Below, piece by piece: positions 1-9,554 of a stretch of 52,743 nucleotides of DNA. The stretch is taken from contig CAZANW010000002.1 of the NCBI GenBank assembly GCA_964486625.1, forward strand, positions 1 through 52,743, in the 5' to 3' direction. The stretch is from an uncultured Halobacteria archaeon (GTDB lineage Archaea > Halobacteriota > Syntropharchaeia > JACQPP01). Under the pieces are notes generated by a model. The model had not been told where the DNA came from and ran no database searches. It saw only the letters and a program-made list of their open reading frames with translations. The translations under genes and the position numbers were made by a program. Within the stretch, counting starts at the first letter, position 1. Every line of letters starts with the position of its first letter.

Positions 1-1
1 G

Positions 2-3000
2 GGCAACTCCACCGACCTCACTATCGCCCTGAACAACACCGGCCTGGGCCACGTGTTCGACGCCCGGATGAACGTCACCAACCTGCCTGCCGGCTGGACC
101 GTCAATTCCTCCGCGTCCGCCCCGCTCTTCTCGGCCGCCTACGTGAACAACACCACCGCCAACCGGACCAACACCCTCAACTTCCGCCTCACGGTCCCCG
201 CGAACGCCTCCCCCGGGAACTACTCGCTCTACGTGAACACCACCTGGAAGAACCTGGAGGAGAAGACCTGGGGCAACCAGACGTGGGACGGCGGCAGGAC
301 CAACAACTCCAGCGACGTCCTCTACATCAACGTCACCGCGACCCCCATCCTGGCGCTGAACACCAGCCGCATCGTCCTGGGCAACCTCTCCCAGAACACG
401 ACGGTCAACTTCCCGGCAGCCTTCCTCCTCAACAGCACGGGCAACGATTGGCTGAACAACACCCGGTTCACCCTGAACGAGAGCAACTTCGCCTCGGCAA
501 TCACGGTCGCCTTCTCGGGGAACAACACCAACTTCCCGCCCAACAACAACGTCACGGGCAACAACAACAGCATCACCGTCACGGTCGCCGTCGCCAAGCA
601 CGCCCCGGCCGGCGTCTACGAGGGGAGGTTCTTCGTCAACGCCACCGGCTCCTACGGACAGTGCGCCGCCGCGCCCGGGAGCAACTGCGACGCGACCCTG
701 AACATCTCCATGAACATCTCCGAGTCGACCTCTTGGAACACGACCGACTACGCGTTCAACAGCAGCTCCGACCCCGCCCGCCGCCTGAACGCCAACACCA
801 TGGACGTCGCCACCGGGGACGCCAACCTCACCCTCGGCTTCCTGAACATCACGAGCGAGTCCAACGTGGACCTCGCGTTCACGGTCAACAAGACCGAGCA
901 GGCGGGCCGGAACTTCGTGAACTTCTCCGCGGCGGGCTACAACTTCAGCAACTCGACCTTCGCGAATTTCACGCTGAACGCCACCGACTCCCCGGACTTC
1001 AAGAACATCACCCTCTACTACACGATTCCCGGGGACTTCTCGGGCTCCTCCTGGGTGAACATCACAGCGAACGCCACCCGGGCCGGCTGCGTGACCTGTC
1101 CCGCCAACCACCTGGTGAACAACTCCGGGACCGTCTCCTTCAACTTCACCCTCCGGGCCGCGGACCTGTCGCCCCCGAGCATCTTCAACGTGAGCGTCAA
1201 CGGCGACAACAACACGACCACCATCCCCGCGCTCGTGTTCGACGCGAGCCGCGACGTCATCACGATTGCCGCGAACGTGACCGACGTGGGGACGGGGGTC
1301 CGGGACGTCTGGGCCAACATCAGCCTCCCCAACGGCGCCTGGAGCAACTCAACCCAGTTGCTGCCGGTCTCCGGCAGTCTCTACCGCGGCACCTTCCCCG
1401 TCCCCGCCCTGAACGGGACCTACGCCCTCTTCGTCACGGCCTTCGACCTCAACGTCCCCGTCGCCAACTGCGCCGTGAACAACAGCGCCTCCACGGGCCC
1501 GTGCAGCCCCTGGCCCCAGGGCGGGTTCAGGTTCAACGCCACCAACACCACCGGCGGGAGTCTGGAGGAGAGCCCCGGGGCCATCGACGCCGACTTCGTC
1601 GTCTTCCCCGGCGGCCAGAGTTTCACGGTCAACGCGACCTTCGTGAACCCCGGCCCCGGGGGCGCCTACGACGCGTGGCTCAACATCTCCATCTACGCGA
1701 ACAACGTCACCGCCATCGCCGTCAACTCGACCTTCCAGAAGAACGAGTCGTGCGGCAACGTGTCCCGGGGGGCCCTCTGCACGAAGTTCTTCGACGTCAC
1801 CGCCCTGCCCGGGGCCTTCAACGGAACCTACGCCGTGAACACGACCCTCCGCTGGACGAATCCGAACGGGGCGGTCAACGCCTCGGTCGCGAACTCCACC
1901 GTCGTCCGCGTCTGGGCCAATCCCGTCCTGAACCTGAGCAACGGGACGGGCGCGGGCGTGGAGGACAAGATGGTGAACGTGACCGTGGACCACAACACCA
2001 CGAACTCCTCCGTGCCCCTCCGGGCTCTCGCGAACGGGAACTCGCCGCTCATCAACGTCACCTGGAACATGACCGGGGTGAACTCCAGCGGCTCCGCCGT
2101 CACCTTCGCCCTCAACGTCTCGGGCGGCCTGCGGAACTTCACGGCGGCCCAGGTCCCGGGCATCGACTTGGCCTCCGGGGCCGCCCAGGACCTCCTCCTG
2201 AACGTCTCGGTCCCGGAGAAACACCCCAGCGGGACGTGGGAGTTCCGGTTCGAGGCCAACGCCTCCAACTCCGCCTGCGTCTCTCCGGCGCGCTGCGGGA
2301 AGGTCTTCAACCTCTCCGTGACCGTGCCCGCGAGCCCGACGTGGACCCTCAACGACTCCGCGGGCCTCAACGTGACCTGCGGCTCGGCCGGCAACAAGGT
2401 GGAGGTGAACACCCCTTCCGCCCAACTCTGCGCGGTCCGGGTCAACAACACGGGGAACCGCGACCTCAACTTCACCCTCTCCCCCGCGAACCAGTCCGTC
2501 AACGCCACGGAGGGCTCGGGGAACCTGAGCCTGAACAACACATCGTTCATCATCGCCCGCCTCGGCGCCGCCACGTTCTTCAACGTGACCGTGAACACCA
2601 CCGGCGTCACGCCGGGCCAGTACAACTTCACCCTCTCGGTGGAGGCGCGGGACAACGCCACGAACGCGAGTGCCCAGCCCCTCCGGCGCAACCTCACTGT
2701 GAACCTGACCGTGTTCACCAAGCCGCTGATTGCGCTGCTGAACGCCACCACCCCCAACGAGACGAGCCCCGCCGCCGTGAACACCACCGAGGCCGGAAAG
2801 AACCTGCTGGTGCTGGAGCAGGGCTCCCCGGCGGTCATCTACGTGAACGTCACCGACAAGTCGGGGAGCGTCAACGCCACCATCCAGCAGGTCCGGGCCG
2901 ACGTCCTCCGGCCGAACGGGACCGGTTTCCTGAACGTTTCGACGGAGTGCGTCGCCAACTGCGTCTTCACGGCCGGCGACGACATCTCCACCTGGCGCAT

Positions 3001-5518
3001 CTCCATCCCCGGCGCCAACTTCACCCTCCGGGGCAACCACACGGCCAACCTCACCGCAGTGGACAACCTGGGCAACCCCAGCGACGCGGCGAGCATCACC
3101 CTGCGGGTCAAGCCCAAACTCATCTCCGTCGTCAACACCTCCAAGACCGCCGGCGGGACTCCGGCGACCGTCTTCGGACCGAGCGACAACGTCTTCTGGA
3201 ACATCAACGTGGCCGACCTCCTCGGGGCGCCCGTGGCGGGGCTCACCGCCAGCGTCGTCTTCCGGGACCCGGCCGGCGACCCCCCGGGCATCGCCTGCAC
3301 CACGAACGTCAGCAGCGCGGCAACGGACGCGAACGGGGCCGCCACCCTCCGGTGCAAGATGAGCAACGTCGGGACGGGAACGTGGACCTGGAACGTCACC
3401 CTCAACTACGCTGACGCGGCCAACAACACCACCTCCATCAACTTCTCCGCGGGGACCCTGACGGTCCAGGCCGCAGACCTCTTCGTGACGGTGGACCCCG
3501 GCGGCCCCTGGAAGCCCGGGGACACGGTGACGGCGACTGTCAGCACCAAGGACCAGAACCTCCAGACCCTCGGGGCCGGGGCAGTGACGGTGCGGGTCGA
3601 GCTCTACTATCCCAACAGCACCCTCTACCTCACCAACAGCAGCCCGCTCTTCCTGGCGGGCCCCGAACTCTGGAGCGCGACCTTGCCACTCGGCATCGAC
3701 ATCCCCTTCGGGACGGTGGGCTCCCCGAACTCCACCTACTTCGCCAAGGCGGTGGCCAACAAGACCGGGAGCAGCACCACCGTCAACGACTCCAAGGCGG
3801 TCTACGTGACCGACACCCTCACGGCGACCCTCTCGGTGGGGACTCCCCAGTTCAACAACAGCACGATGAACGCCTCCTTCCTGGTGTTCCGCTCGGGCAA
3901 CATCCCCGTGGACCCCGACTCGTTCACGCTCAACGTCACCTCGGCCGGCGACGCTCCCCTGGTGAGCGGGAACTGCGCCGCGCCGGTCAGCGTGAACGAC
4001 ACTTCCAACCTGCCCGCGAACGTCCAGAGACTGGGGACGGGCTTCTTCCTGGTCCAGTGCCAGCTCCAAGCCGCCCAGCCCCAAGGCTTCTACAAGGCCA
4101 ACCTCACGGTGGGCCGCAAAGGAATCACCGTGGGGGACCTCCGGGCTTTTGAAATCACCCTGTCGAGCCTCGACGTGAACGTCGAGGTCCTCTCCACAGA
4201 CGTCTCCGACCTCTCGTTCCGGGCCGTCATCACGAACCCGGGGGCCACGGGGCCCGTGGACATCACCGCCACCTGGTCGGTGTTCGCCTCGCCCCCTTTC
4301 GCGGCCGGGACCCAGGCGTGCCAGATCCGGCCCTTCACCACGACGGTGTGCCCGACCATCAAGGTGGTCCCGCCCGGAGCCGGGACGTTCAACATCGCCA
4401 TCACCGTGGCGGGTCCGGGAGTCCAGACGGTCAACATCCTCCGGCAGGTGAACGTCGGCGGCGCTCCCCCGCCGCCCCCGCCCGGGCAGCCCGGCGGGGC
4501 CGTGGCCGGAGGAGGCGCCGCCGGCGGAGGGGCGGCCCCGCCGGCCCCCGAGCGGCCCGCCCTGAAGGTAACGGCCCCCAAGGAAATCGACGCGGTCCGC
4601 GGCTACCGGCTCAACTACACCTTCACCGTGGAAAACGGCGGAGAGCTCCGCATCCCCGCTCTCGCGCTGGCCCTCCAGGGCGTCCCCCGGTCGTGGTGGA
4701 GCGTGACCTCCGAGGACGGCACCTTCGAACTCGGCCGCGGGCAGGTGAAGGGGTTCACCCTGACGCTCCAGATTCCGCCCGACGCCGACCGGGGCCGGCT
4801 TTCCCTGACCCTGACCGCCGAGGGGCAGGGTGTCCGGGACGCGGCGACCATCCTCCTCACCGTCTACGGAGACTGGAGCGAGCTCATCCCCGAAACCCTG
4901 CGCCGGGTGAACGACACCCTCGCCGAACTGGCGCGCCGGGCCCGGGAGGTCGGGGCGTCCGGGGCCGACGTGTCCGGCGCCCTCGACTTCCTCAACCAGG
5001 CGGGCGTGCGCCTGGAGCGGGCCCGGGAGGCCTACCTCAACCGCGACTTCGCCGCCGCGTCCCTGGACCTGGAGCGGGCCCGGACCCTCCTCGACCGGGC
5101 CAACGCCTACTTGGCCGCGGTTCCCCGGGTTGAGCCCGTCCCCGTGGCCCCTCAGACGGTGATTCTGGGAATCGTGGGGGTCCTCGCCGCGGCGGCGTTC
5201 GGAGTGGCGGTGTGGACCGGCCAGATTGCCCGCAGCCTGAGCCGGACCACCCGGAACCTCGTCCTCGGGCCCGGGGCACGCCCCGTCGCCGCGGGACCGC
5301 CCCCGCCGGGAGGCCAGGCATCCCCGCCCGGGCCCGCCGCGCAGCCCCCCGCGGCGCCGCCGGCGCAGAAGCCCCCGCCCGCGGACGCCTTCTCCGAGAG
5401 GATGAGCCGGGCCCGGGAGTCCACCGAGAAACTGGTGAAATCCCTCCAGGAGCAGATGGAGAAGGGGCTCATCTCAAAGGAGCGCTACGAGGATCTGGTG
5501 AGGAAAATTCGAAGATAG
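2..5518 (+). CDS. Giant cell-surface (S-layer-like) glycoprotein, 5'-truncated by the window edge; C-terminal TM anchor, Pro-rich cytoplasmic tail, SHOCT-like end
   Basis: The frame is open from nt 2 (GNSTDLTIALNNTGLGH...), so GTG at 53 is only the first in-window start. N-x-S/T sequons are extremely dense over most of the length and the sequence is beta-rich and repetitive. It has a PPPPPPGQPGG linker, a CARDB/NEW3-like module (YRLNYTFTVENGGE...), the hydrophobic segment TVILGIVGVLAAAAFGVAVW, a Pro-rich tail and a terminal KGLISKERYEDLVRKI. G/C at codon position 3 is high in this frame. Confidence 0.8.
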   Translation, partial: GNSTDLTIALNNTGLGHVFDARMNVTNLPAGWTVNSSASAPLFSAAYVNNTTANRTNTLNFRLTVPANASPGNYSLYVNTTWKNLEEKTWGNQTWDGGRTNNSSDVLYINVTATPILALNTSRIVLGNLSQNTTVNFPAAFLLNSTGNDWLNNTRFTLNESNFASAITVAFSGNNTNFPPNNNVTGNNNSITVTVAVAKHAPAGVYEGRFFVNATGSYGQCAAAPGSNCDATLNISMNISESTSWNTTDYAFNSSSDPARRLNANTMDVATGDANLTLGFLNITSESNVDLAFTVNKTEQAGRNFVNFSAAGYNFSNSTFANFTLNATDSPDFKNITLYYTIPGDFSGSSWVNITANATRAGCVTCPANHLVNNSGTVSFNFTLRAADLSPPSIFNVSVNGDNNTTTIPALVFDASRDVITIAANVTDVGTGVRDVWANISLPNGAWSNSTQLLPVSGSLYRGTFPVPALNGTYALFVTAFDLNVPVANCAVNNSASTGPCSPWPQGGFRFNATNTTGGSLEESPGAIDADFVVFPGGQSFTVNATFVNPGPGGAYDAWLNISIYANNVTAIAVNSTFQKNESCGNVSRGALCTKFFDVTALPGAFNGTYAVNTTLRWTNPNGAVNASVANSTVVRVWANPVLNLSNGTGAGVEDKMVNVTVDHNTTNSSVPLRALANGNSPLINVTWNMTGVNSSGSAVTFALNVSGGLRNFTAAQVPGIDLASGAAQDLLLNVSVPEKHPSGTWEFRFEANASNSACVSPARCGKVFNLSVTVPASPTWTLNDSAGLNVTCGSAGNKVEVNTPSAQLCAVRVNNTGNRDLNFTLSPANQSVNATEGSGNLSLNNTSFIIARLGAATFFNVTVNTTGVTPGQYNFTLSVEARDNATNASAQPLRRNLTVNLTVFTKPLIALLNATTPNETSPAAVNTTEAGKNLLVLEQGSPAVIYVNVTDKSGSVNATIQQVRADVLRPNGTGFLNVSTECVANCVFTAGDDISTWRISIPGANFTLRGNHTANLTAVDNLGNPSDAASITLRVKPKLISVVNTSKTAGGTPATVFGPSDNVFWNINVADLLGAPVAGLTASVVFRDPAGDPPGIACTTNVSSAATDANGAATLRCKMSNVGTGTWTWNVTLNYADAANNTTSINFSAGTLTVQAADLFVTVDPGGPWKPGDTVTATVSTKDQNLQTLGAGAVTVRVELYYPNSTLYLTNSSPLFLAGPELWSATLPLGIDIPFGTVGSPNSTYFAKAVANKTGSSTTVNDSKAVYVTDTLTATLSVGTPQFNNSTMNASFLVFRSGNIPVDPDSFTLNVTSAGDAPLVSGNCAAPVSVNDTSNLPANVQRLGTGFFLVQCQLQAAQPQGFYKANLTVGRKGITVGDLRAFEITLSSLDVNVEVLSTDVSDLSFRAVITNPGATGPVDITATWSVFASPPFAAGTQACQIRPFTTTVCPTIKVVPPGAGTFNIAITVAGPGVQTVNILRQVNVGGAPPPPPPGQPGGAVAGGGAAGGGAAPPAPERPALKVTAPKEIDAVRGYRLNYTFTVENGGELRIPALALALQGVPRSWWSVTSEDGTFELGRGQVKGFTLTLQIPPDADRGRLSLTLTAEGQGVRDAATILLTVYGDWSELIPETLRRVNDTLAELARRAREVGASGADVSGALDFLNQAGVRLERAREAYLNRDFAAASLDLERARTLLDRANAYLAAVPRVEPVPVAPQTVILGIVGVLAAAAFGVAVWTGQIARSLSRTTRNLVLGPGARPVAAGPPPPGGQASPPGPAAQPPAAPPAQKPPPADAFSERMSRARESTEKLVKSLQEQMEKGLISKERYEDLVRKIRR

Positions 5519-5553
5519 ATATCGCTCACTTCGGGCGAGATAATCGCGAAACC

Positions 5554-5560
5554 TTTATAT
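5554..5560 (+). promoter_or_regulatory. Putative archaeal TATA box (TTTATAT) for the small zinc-finger gene
   Basis: CCTTTATATG sits in an AT-rich patch about 21 nt upstream of ATG 5582. The same CTTTATATG motif recurs upstream of the small ORF at 27958 on the minus strand. The spacing fits leaderless transcripts. Confidence 0.4.
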
Positions 5561-5581
5561 GTCTGGTTTCTATTGTCCACC

Positions 5582-5770
5582 ATGGCAGGCAAAGGACCCC
5601 GGCGCAGGAAGATTCGGAAGGTGATTGCCTACGTCTGCACGGGGTGCTACAAGACGTTTCCGAGCGGCGGCGAGGCCTCGGCCCACTACCGGGCGAAGCA
5701 CCCCGCGCCCGCCCGGGTCCCGGGCCGCAGGGGCCGGCGCCAGCGGGGACGGGGCCGCGGCCGCAGGTAA
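5582..5770 (+). CDS. Small basic C2H2-type zinc-finger protein
   Basis: It carries YVCTGCYKTFPSGGEASAHYRAKH (C-x2-C...H-x4-H) followed by an Arg/Gly-rich tail. ATG 5582 is preferred over the track's TTG at 5573. Confidence 0.6.
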   Translation: MAGKGPRRRKIRKVIAYVCTGCYKTFPSGGEASAHYRAKHPAPARVPGRRGRRQRGRGRGRR

Positions 5771-5816
5771 ATAAAAACCGGACAAGAACCCGGACGGATA
5801 GCGAGCAAGCAGCGCG

Positions 5817-6533
5817 TTACTGGGTCCGGATGGTGACCCGTTTCAGCACCGCTTTCTGGAGCGGGTTGTCCCGGGAGTCCCGCGGCAAATTGACGATTTT
5901 GTCGACCGCGTCCATCCCCTGGACGACCCTGCCGAACGCGGTGTACTGGCCGTCGAGGGAGGGGGCGCGGGCGACCATGATGAAGAACTGGCTCCCCGCG
6001 CTGTTGGGGTCCCGGGAGCGGGCCATGCCGACCACGCCCCGCTCGAAGGGGACGTCGTTGAACTCCGCCTTGATGGTGTAGCCCGGCCCCCCCAGGCCGT
6101 CGTTGCTCCGGTCGTCATCCTTGCTGTTGGGGTCGCCCCCCTGGATCATGAAGCCGGGGATGACCCGGTGGAAGGCTGTCCCGTCGTAGAAGCCGGAGCG
6201 GGCGAGTTTCTTGAAGTTCTCCACGTGGCCCGGGGCCTTGTCGGGGAGGAACTCGAACACGATGTTGCCGTAGTCGGTTTCGAGGACCGCCACCTCCTTG
6301 CCGCCCGACGCGGCGGGGAGTGGCGTCACACTTGCTCCCGGTGCCGCCGGAAGTGGGGCGATGGGTTGCGGCCGGAGCAAGAAAACGGCGGAAACGACGA
6401 CGACGGCGAGAACAAGGAGGAGAAGGACACGGGGCTTCAGGACGCCCGTGAGCGGCCCGGACTTAAGGTTTTGTTGCCTCCCCGTCGCGGAGCGACGAGG
6501 AGGCGGGTTCCGCAGGAAACCGGGGCGCGCCAT
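5817..6533 (-). CDS. Cyclophilin-type peptidyl-prolyl isomerase with N-terminal signal anchor
   Basis: Cyclophilin hallmarks FHRVIPGFMIQGGDP and SQFFI are present. The N-terminus MARPGFL...VLLLLVLAVVVVSAVFLL is a TM or signal segment. ATG at 6533 lies 2 nt after the upstream gene's stop. The 577-aa track ORF is a GC-shadow N-terminal extension. Confidence 0.85.
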   Translation of the reverse strand: MARPGFLRNPPPRRSATGRQQNLKSGPLTGVLKPRVLLLLVLAVVVVSAVFLLRPQPIAPLPAAPGASVTPLPAASGGKEVAVLETDYGNIVFEFLPDKAPGHVENFKKLARSGFYDGTAFHRVIPGFMIQGGDPNSKDDDRSNDGLGGPGYTIKAEFNDVPFERGVVGMARSRDPNSAGSQFFIMVARAPSLDGQYTAFGRVVQGMDAVDKIVNLPRDSRDNPLQKAVLKRVTIRTQ

Positions 6534-6535
6534 GG

Positions 6536-7543
6536 TCACACCTTCAGGACAATCTTCCCGAAGTGGTCCCCCTTTTCCATCTTTCGGTGGGCGTCGGCCG
6601 CCCGCTCCAGCGGGAATGTCGAGTCCACCACCGGCCGGACCGCATTCCGCCCCGCGAGCCGCAGGACGGCCGCCAGATCCTTCCGGGTTCCGAGGTAGGT
6701 CCCGAGAATCGAGATGTGGCGCTGGTAGAGGGAGCGGATGTCCACGCTCCCGGTCCCGCCGGTGGTGACGCCGAAGGCCACCATGCGCCCCCCGCGGGCG
6801 AGGGCGTGAAGGCTCGCGGGCCAGGTCTGGGCCCCGGCGTGCTCGAGAACGACATCGGCCCCCCGGCCCCCGGTGAGGCGGCGGACCTCGTCGGCGACGT
6901 CCGCCTCCCGGTGGTTCACGACCTCGTCGGCGCCGAGGCGCGCGGCCTTCTTCATCTTCGCCTCGCTGCCGGCGGTGGCGATGACCCGGGCCCGGAGGTG
7001 CTTGCCCAGTTGGACCGCCGCGGAACCGACCCCGGAGCCCGCGCCCCAGACGAGGAGGGTCTCGCCCGCCCGGAGCCCCGCCCGCGCCACCAGGGCGTGG
7101 TGGGCGGTGGTGAAAACCAGCGGGACGGCCGCCGCCTCCTCCCACGAGAGGCCGGGCGGGGCCGGGAAGAGGCCGCGGCGCGGCAGGGCGACGCGCTCCG
7201 CGTATCCCCCGTCCACCTGGTAGCCGAGGACGCGGAGTTTCTCGCACCGGTTCTCCCGACCGCCCCGGCACGCTGCGCAGGAGCCGCAGGGGAGGCCCGG
7301 ATACGCCACGACCTTCCGCCCCTTGCCGGGGCCGCTCGCGATTTCCCCGGCCACGTCGGAGCCGAGGATGTGGGGCAGTGGAGGCCGGGCCACCGCGCCG
7401 GACCGGACCCAGAGGTCCAGGTGGTTCAGCGCGCACGCCCGGACCCGGACGAGGGCCTCGCCGGGACGCGGTTTTGGTTCGGGAGCCTCGCCGGGCTCCA
7501 GCACCTCGGGACCGCCGAAGGCACGCTGCAAAACGGCCCTCAT
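6536..7543 (-). CDS. Zinc-type alcohol dehydrogenase / quinone oxidoreductase (MDR superfamily)
   Basis: It has GSDVAGEI, a structural-Zn Cys cluster (CGSCAACRGGRENRC) and a Rossmann motif (VWGAGSGVGSAAVQL). It forms an operon with the cyclophilin gene. Confidence 0.85.
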   Translation of the reverse strand: MRAVLQRAFGGPEVLEPGEAPEPKPRPGEALVRVRACALNHLDLWVRSGAVARPPLPHILGSDVAGEIASGPGKGRKVVAYPGLPCGSCAACRGGRENRCEKLRVLGYQVDGGYAERVALPRRGLFPAPPGLSWEEAAAVPLVFTTAHHALVARAGLRAGETLLVWGAGSGVGSAAVQLGKHLRARVIATAGSEAKMKKAARLGADEVVNHREADVADEVRRLTGGRGADVVLEHAGAQTWPASLHALARGGRMVAFGVTTGGTGSVDIRSLYQRHISILGTYLGTRKDLAAVLRLAGRNAVRPVVDSTFPLERAADAHRKMEKGDHFGKIVLKV

Positions 7544-7555
7544 GGGTCAAACCCC

Positions 7556-7681
7556 AAATTCGAGATCCTCAATCCTAAACAAATCCGAAATCTAAAGCAC
7601 AAAATCCAAAACGGCCGTTTTGAATTTTGAATTTGGGTCATTTGGATTTGTTTAGGGTTTAGAGTTTAGTGCTTTGAATTT
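7556..7681. repeat. AT-rich long palindromic intergenic element, copy 1
   Basis: This is an imperfect inverted repeat of about 60 nt per arm, centred on AAAACGGCCGTTTT (about 7607-7620). It is built of AAATCC/TCTAAAC/TTTTGAATTTTGA units. GC is very low against the GC-rich genome. It is related to the element at 15695-15845. Confidence 0.8.
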
Positions 7682-7686
7682 TTCCT

Positions 7687-8493
7687 TTATGGCCCCAGCG
7701 CCGCCCGGCCGCCGTCCACGACCAGCGTCTGCCCGGTGATGAACCTCGACTCCCGCGAGGCGAGGAAGACCACCGCCTCGGCCACCTCCCCGGCCCGCCC
7801 CGCCCGCCCGAGGGGGACCGACGCCGCCCAGGCGCGCTCCGCCTCCGGGTCGAGGGGGTCGTTCATGCCCGCCGCGATGAGGCCGGGGGCGACGCAGTTC
7901 ACCCGGACCCGGGGCGCGAGGGCCAGGGCCAGGCAGCGGGAGAGCATCAGGAGGCCCGCCTTCGAGACGCTGTAGGGAATCCACCGCGTCCCCGGCCGCA
8001 GGCCGGAGGTGGAGGAGATGAAGATGAGGGAGGCGTCGCGGCTCCGTCGCAGGGCGGGAGCCGCCGCCTGCGCGCAGAGGAAGGCGCCGCGCAGGTTCAC
8101 GTCCATCACCCGGTCCCACGACTCCGGCGTGACCTCCTCCCATCCGACCTCGTCGGAGGTCCCGGCGTTGGCGACGAGGATGTCGAGCCCGCCCAGTTTC
8201 CGGGCCGACTCGCGCACCACCCGGCGGGCGTCGGCAGGCCGTGACAGGTCGCCCCGCACCGCCGCAGCCCGGATTCGGGAGGGGGCCGCAATCCGCGACC
8301 GGAAACCCTCGGGGGGGTTTCCGGAGCCCGAGATTTCGCCGGCCATGGCCCGGGCCCCGTCCCGGGAGCGGTGGTAGTGGACCGCCACCGAGGCCCCCTC
8401 GGTGGCGAGGGCCCGGACGATGGCGGAGCCGATGCCCCCGGCGCCGCCGGTGACGAGAGCCCTCCGGCCCGCGAGCCTCCCGGAACGTGCCAT
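7687..8493 (-). CDS. Short-chain dehydrogenase/reductase (SDR)
   Basis: It has the SDR motifs TGGAGGIGSAI and YSVSKAG. ATG at 8493 (MARSGRLAGRRALVTGG) is preferred; the upstream part of the track ORF is shadow. Confidence 0.85.
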   Translation of the reverse strand: MARSGRLAGRRALVTGGAGGIGSAIVRALATEGASVAVHYHRSRDGARAMAGEISGSGNPPEGFRSRIAAPSRIRAAAVRGDLSRPADARRVVRESARKLGGLDILVANAGTSDEVGWEEVTPESWDRVMDVNLRGAFLCAQAAAPALRRSRDASLIFISSTSGLRPGTRWIPYSVSKAGLLMLSRCLALALAPRVRVNCVAPGLIAAGMNDPLDPEAERAWAASVPLGRAGRAGEVAEAVVFLASRESRFITGQTLVVDGGRAALGP

Positions 8494-8539
8494 GGAGAGA
8501 GAGCGCCGACCGGGATTAAATCCTGCCGGGCCAACATTT

Positions 8540-8962
8540 ATGATGCCTATCGGCCCCCATTTCACGATGGTCAAACTCCCCGACAAGGTGGCCAAGCTCT
8601 TCCAGGAGCCCAACTTCGCGTTTGTGGGAACGCTCATGAAAGACGGCTCGCCCCAGGTGAGCCCGGTGTGGGTCGATTACGACGGCAAGCACATCCTCGT
8701 GAACACCGCGGAGGGGCGGGCCAAGCCCCGGAACGTGCGCAAGGACCCCCGGGTGGCCGTCGCCATCGCCGACCGGAAGAACCCCTACCAGTATGCGGGC
8801 GTCCGGGGCAGGGTGGTGGAGGTCACCCACGACGGGGCCGAGGCCCACATCGACAAGATGGCCAAGAAATACATCGGCCAGGACCGCTACCCGTGGCGGC
8901 AGCCCGGCGAGAAGCGGGTCCTCCTGAAAATCGAGCCCCAGAGCGTCTTCACGATGGGGTAA
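8540..8962 (+). CDS. Pyridoxamine 5'-phosphate oxidase-like (PPOX class, FMN/F420-binding) protein
   Basis: GTLMKDGSPQVSPVWVDYDGKHILVNTAEGRAKPRNVRKDPRVAV is typical of the split-barrel PPOX family. The start could be ATG 8540 or ATG 8567. It is divergent from the SDR gene. Confidence 0.7.
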   Translation: MMPIGPHFTMVKLPDKVAKLFQEPNFAFVGTLMKDGSPQVSPVWVDYDGKHILVNTAEGRAKPRNVRKDPRVAVAIADRKNPYQYAGVRGRVVEVTHDGAEAHIDKMAKKYIGQDRYPWRQPGEKRVLLKIEPQSVFTMG

Positions 8963-9015
8963 CCCGGGGCAGTAGGTTTATAAGCGCTCCCGGGTGAAAC
9001 AGGGCGCGGCTGACG

Positions 9016-9204
9016 ATGATTCCGGTCAGATGCTTCACCTGCGGCAAGGTCCTCGGCAGCCTCTACGAGGATTACAAGGGCCGGGTGGCGAAGGGGGAGC
9101 CCCCGGGCCAGGCCCTCGATGGGCTGGGCCTCCGGCGCTACTGCTGCCGTCGGATGCTCCTGACCCACGTCGAGGTCGTGGACACGCTGAACAAGTACCG
9201 GTAA
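9016..9204 (+). CDS. rpoN: DNA-directed RNA polymerase subunit N (Rpo10)
   Basis: [11 protein letters not shown]...RYCCRRML is the canonical Rpo10 zinc-binding sequence. The ORF is 62 aa. Confidence 0.95.
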   Translation: MIPVRCFTCGKVLGSLYEDYKGRVAKGEPPGQALDGLGLRRYCCRRMLLTHVEVVDTLNKYR

Positions 9205-9277
9205 TGGGGCCACCGCGATTTGAACGCAGGTCTCGAGGTCCCGAACCTCGAAGGATACCAGGCTACCCCATGGCCCC
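9205..9277 (-). tRNA. tRNA-Pro (anticodon CGG)
   Basis: The reverse complement GGGGCCATGGGGTAGCCTGGTATCCTTCGAGGTTCGGGACCTCGAGACCTGCGTTCAAATCGCGGTGGCCCCA folds by hand into a cloverleaf. It has a 7-bp acceptor stem, a T-loop TTCAAAT and an anticodon loop TTCGGGA. No CCA is encoded. Confidence 0.85.
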
Positions 9278-9328
9278 GGTGGGTCCCGATGGGACTGTGG
9301 ATACAAAAATGGCTTCCGACTTGAACTT

Positions 9329-9547
9329 ATGGCCGCCGTCATGAGCCGCGACTCCCCGCCGGCCCCCTCCGGCCCCGCCGAGCGCTACACACGCTTCGAG
9401 AAGGCGAAAATCATCGGGGCCAGGGCCCTCCAGGTCTCCCTGGGGGCTCCCGTCCTGCTCGACATCGCCGACACGGACCCCCTCGAGATTTCCATCCAGG
9501 AGTTCGAGGCCGGCGTCATCCCCATCACCGTCCGGCGCCGCGTGTAG
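9329..9547 (+). CDS. rpoK: DNA-directed RNA polymerase subunit K (Rpo6)
   Basis: [26 protein letters not shown] is the Rpo6/RpoK core. An alternative start is ATG 9341. Confidence 0.9.
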   Translation: MAAVMSRDSPPAPSGPAERYTRFEKAKIIGARALQVSLGAPVLLDIADTDPLEISIQEFEAGVIPITVRRRV

Positions 9548-9554
9548 CCCCTCC

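Noticed and set aside
283-4084. Very long alternative-frame and antisense ORFs (283..3414 +, 1349..4084 -, 1828..2838 -) inside the giant glycoprotein gene
   Set aside because: Their Arg/Gly/Pro/His-rich low-complexity translations are typical of GC-driven shadow ORFs. The sequon-rich frame starting at nt 2 has the coherent domain structure and high GC3.
6534-7550. N-terminal 340 aa of the 577-aa ORF 5817..7550 (-)
   Set aside because: It is an Arg/Gly/Pro shadow frame overlapping the real alcohol dehydrogenase gene. The cyclophilin starts at ATG 6533 with a proper signal anchor.
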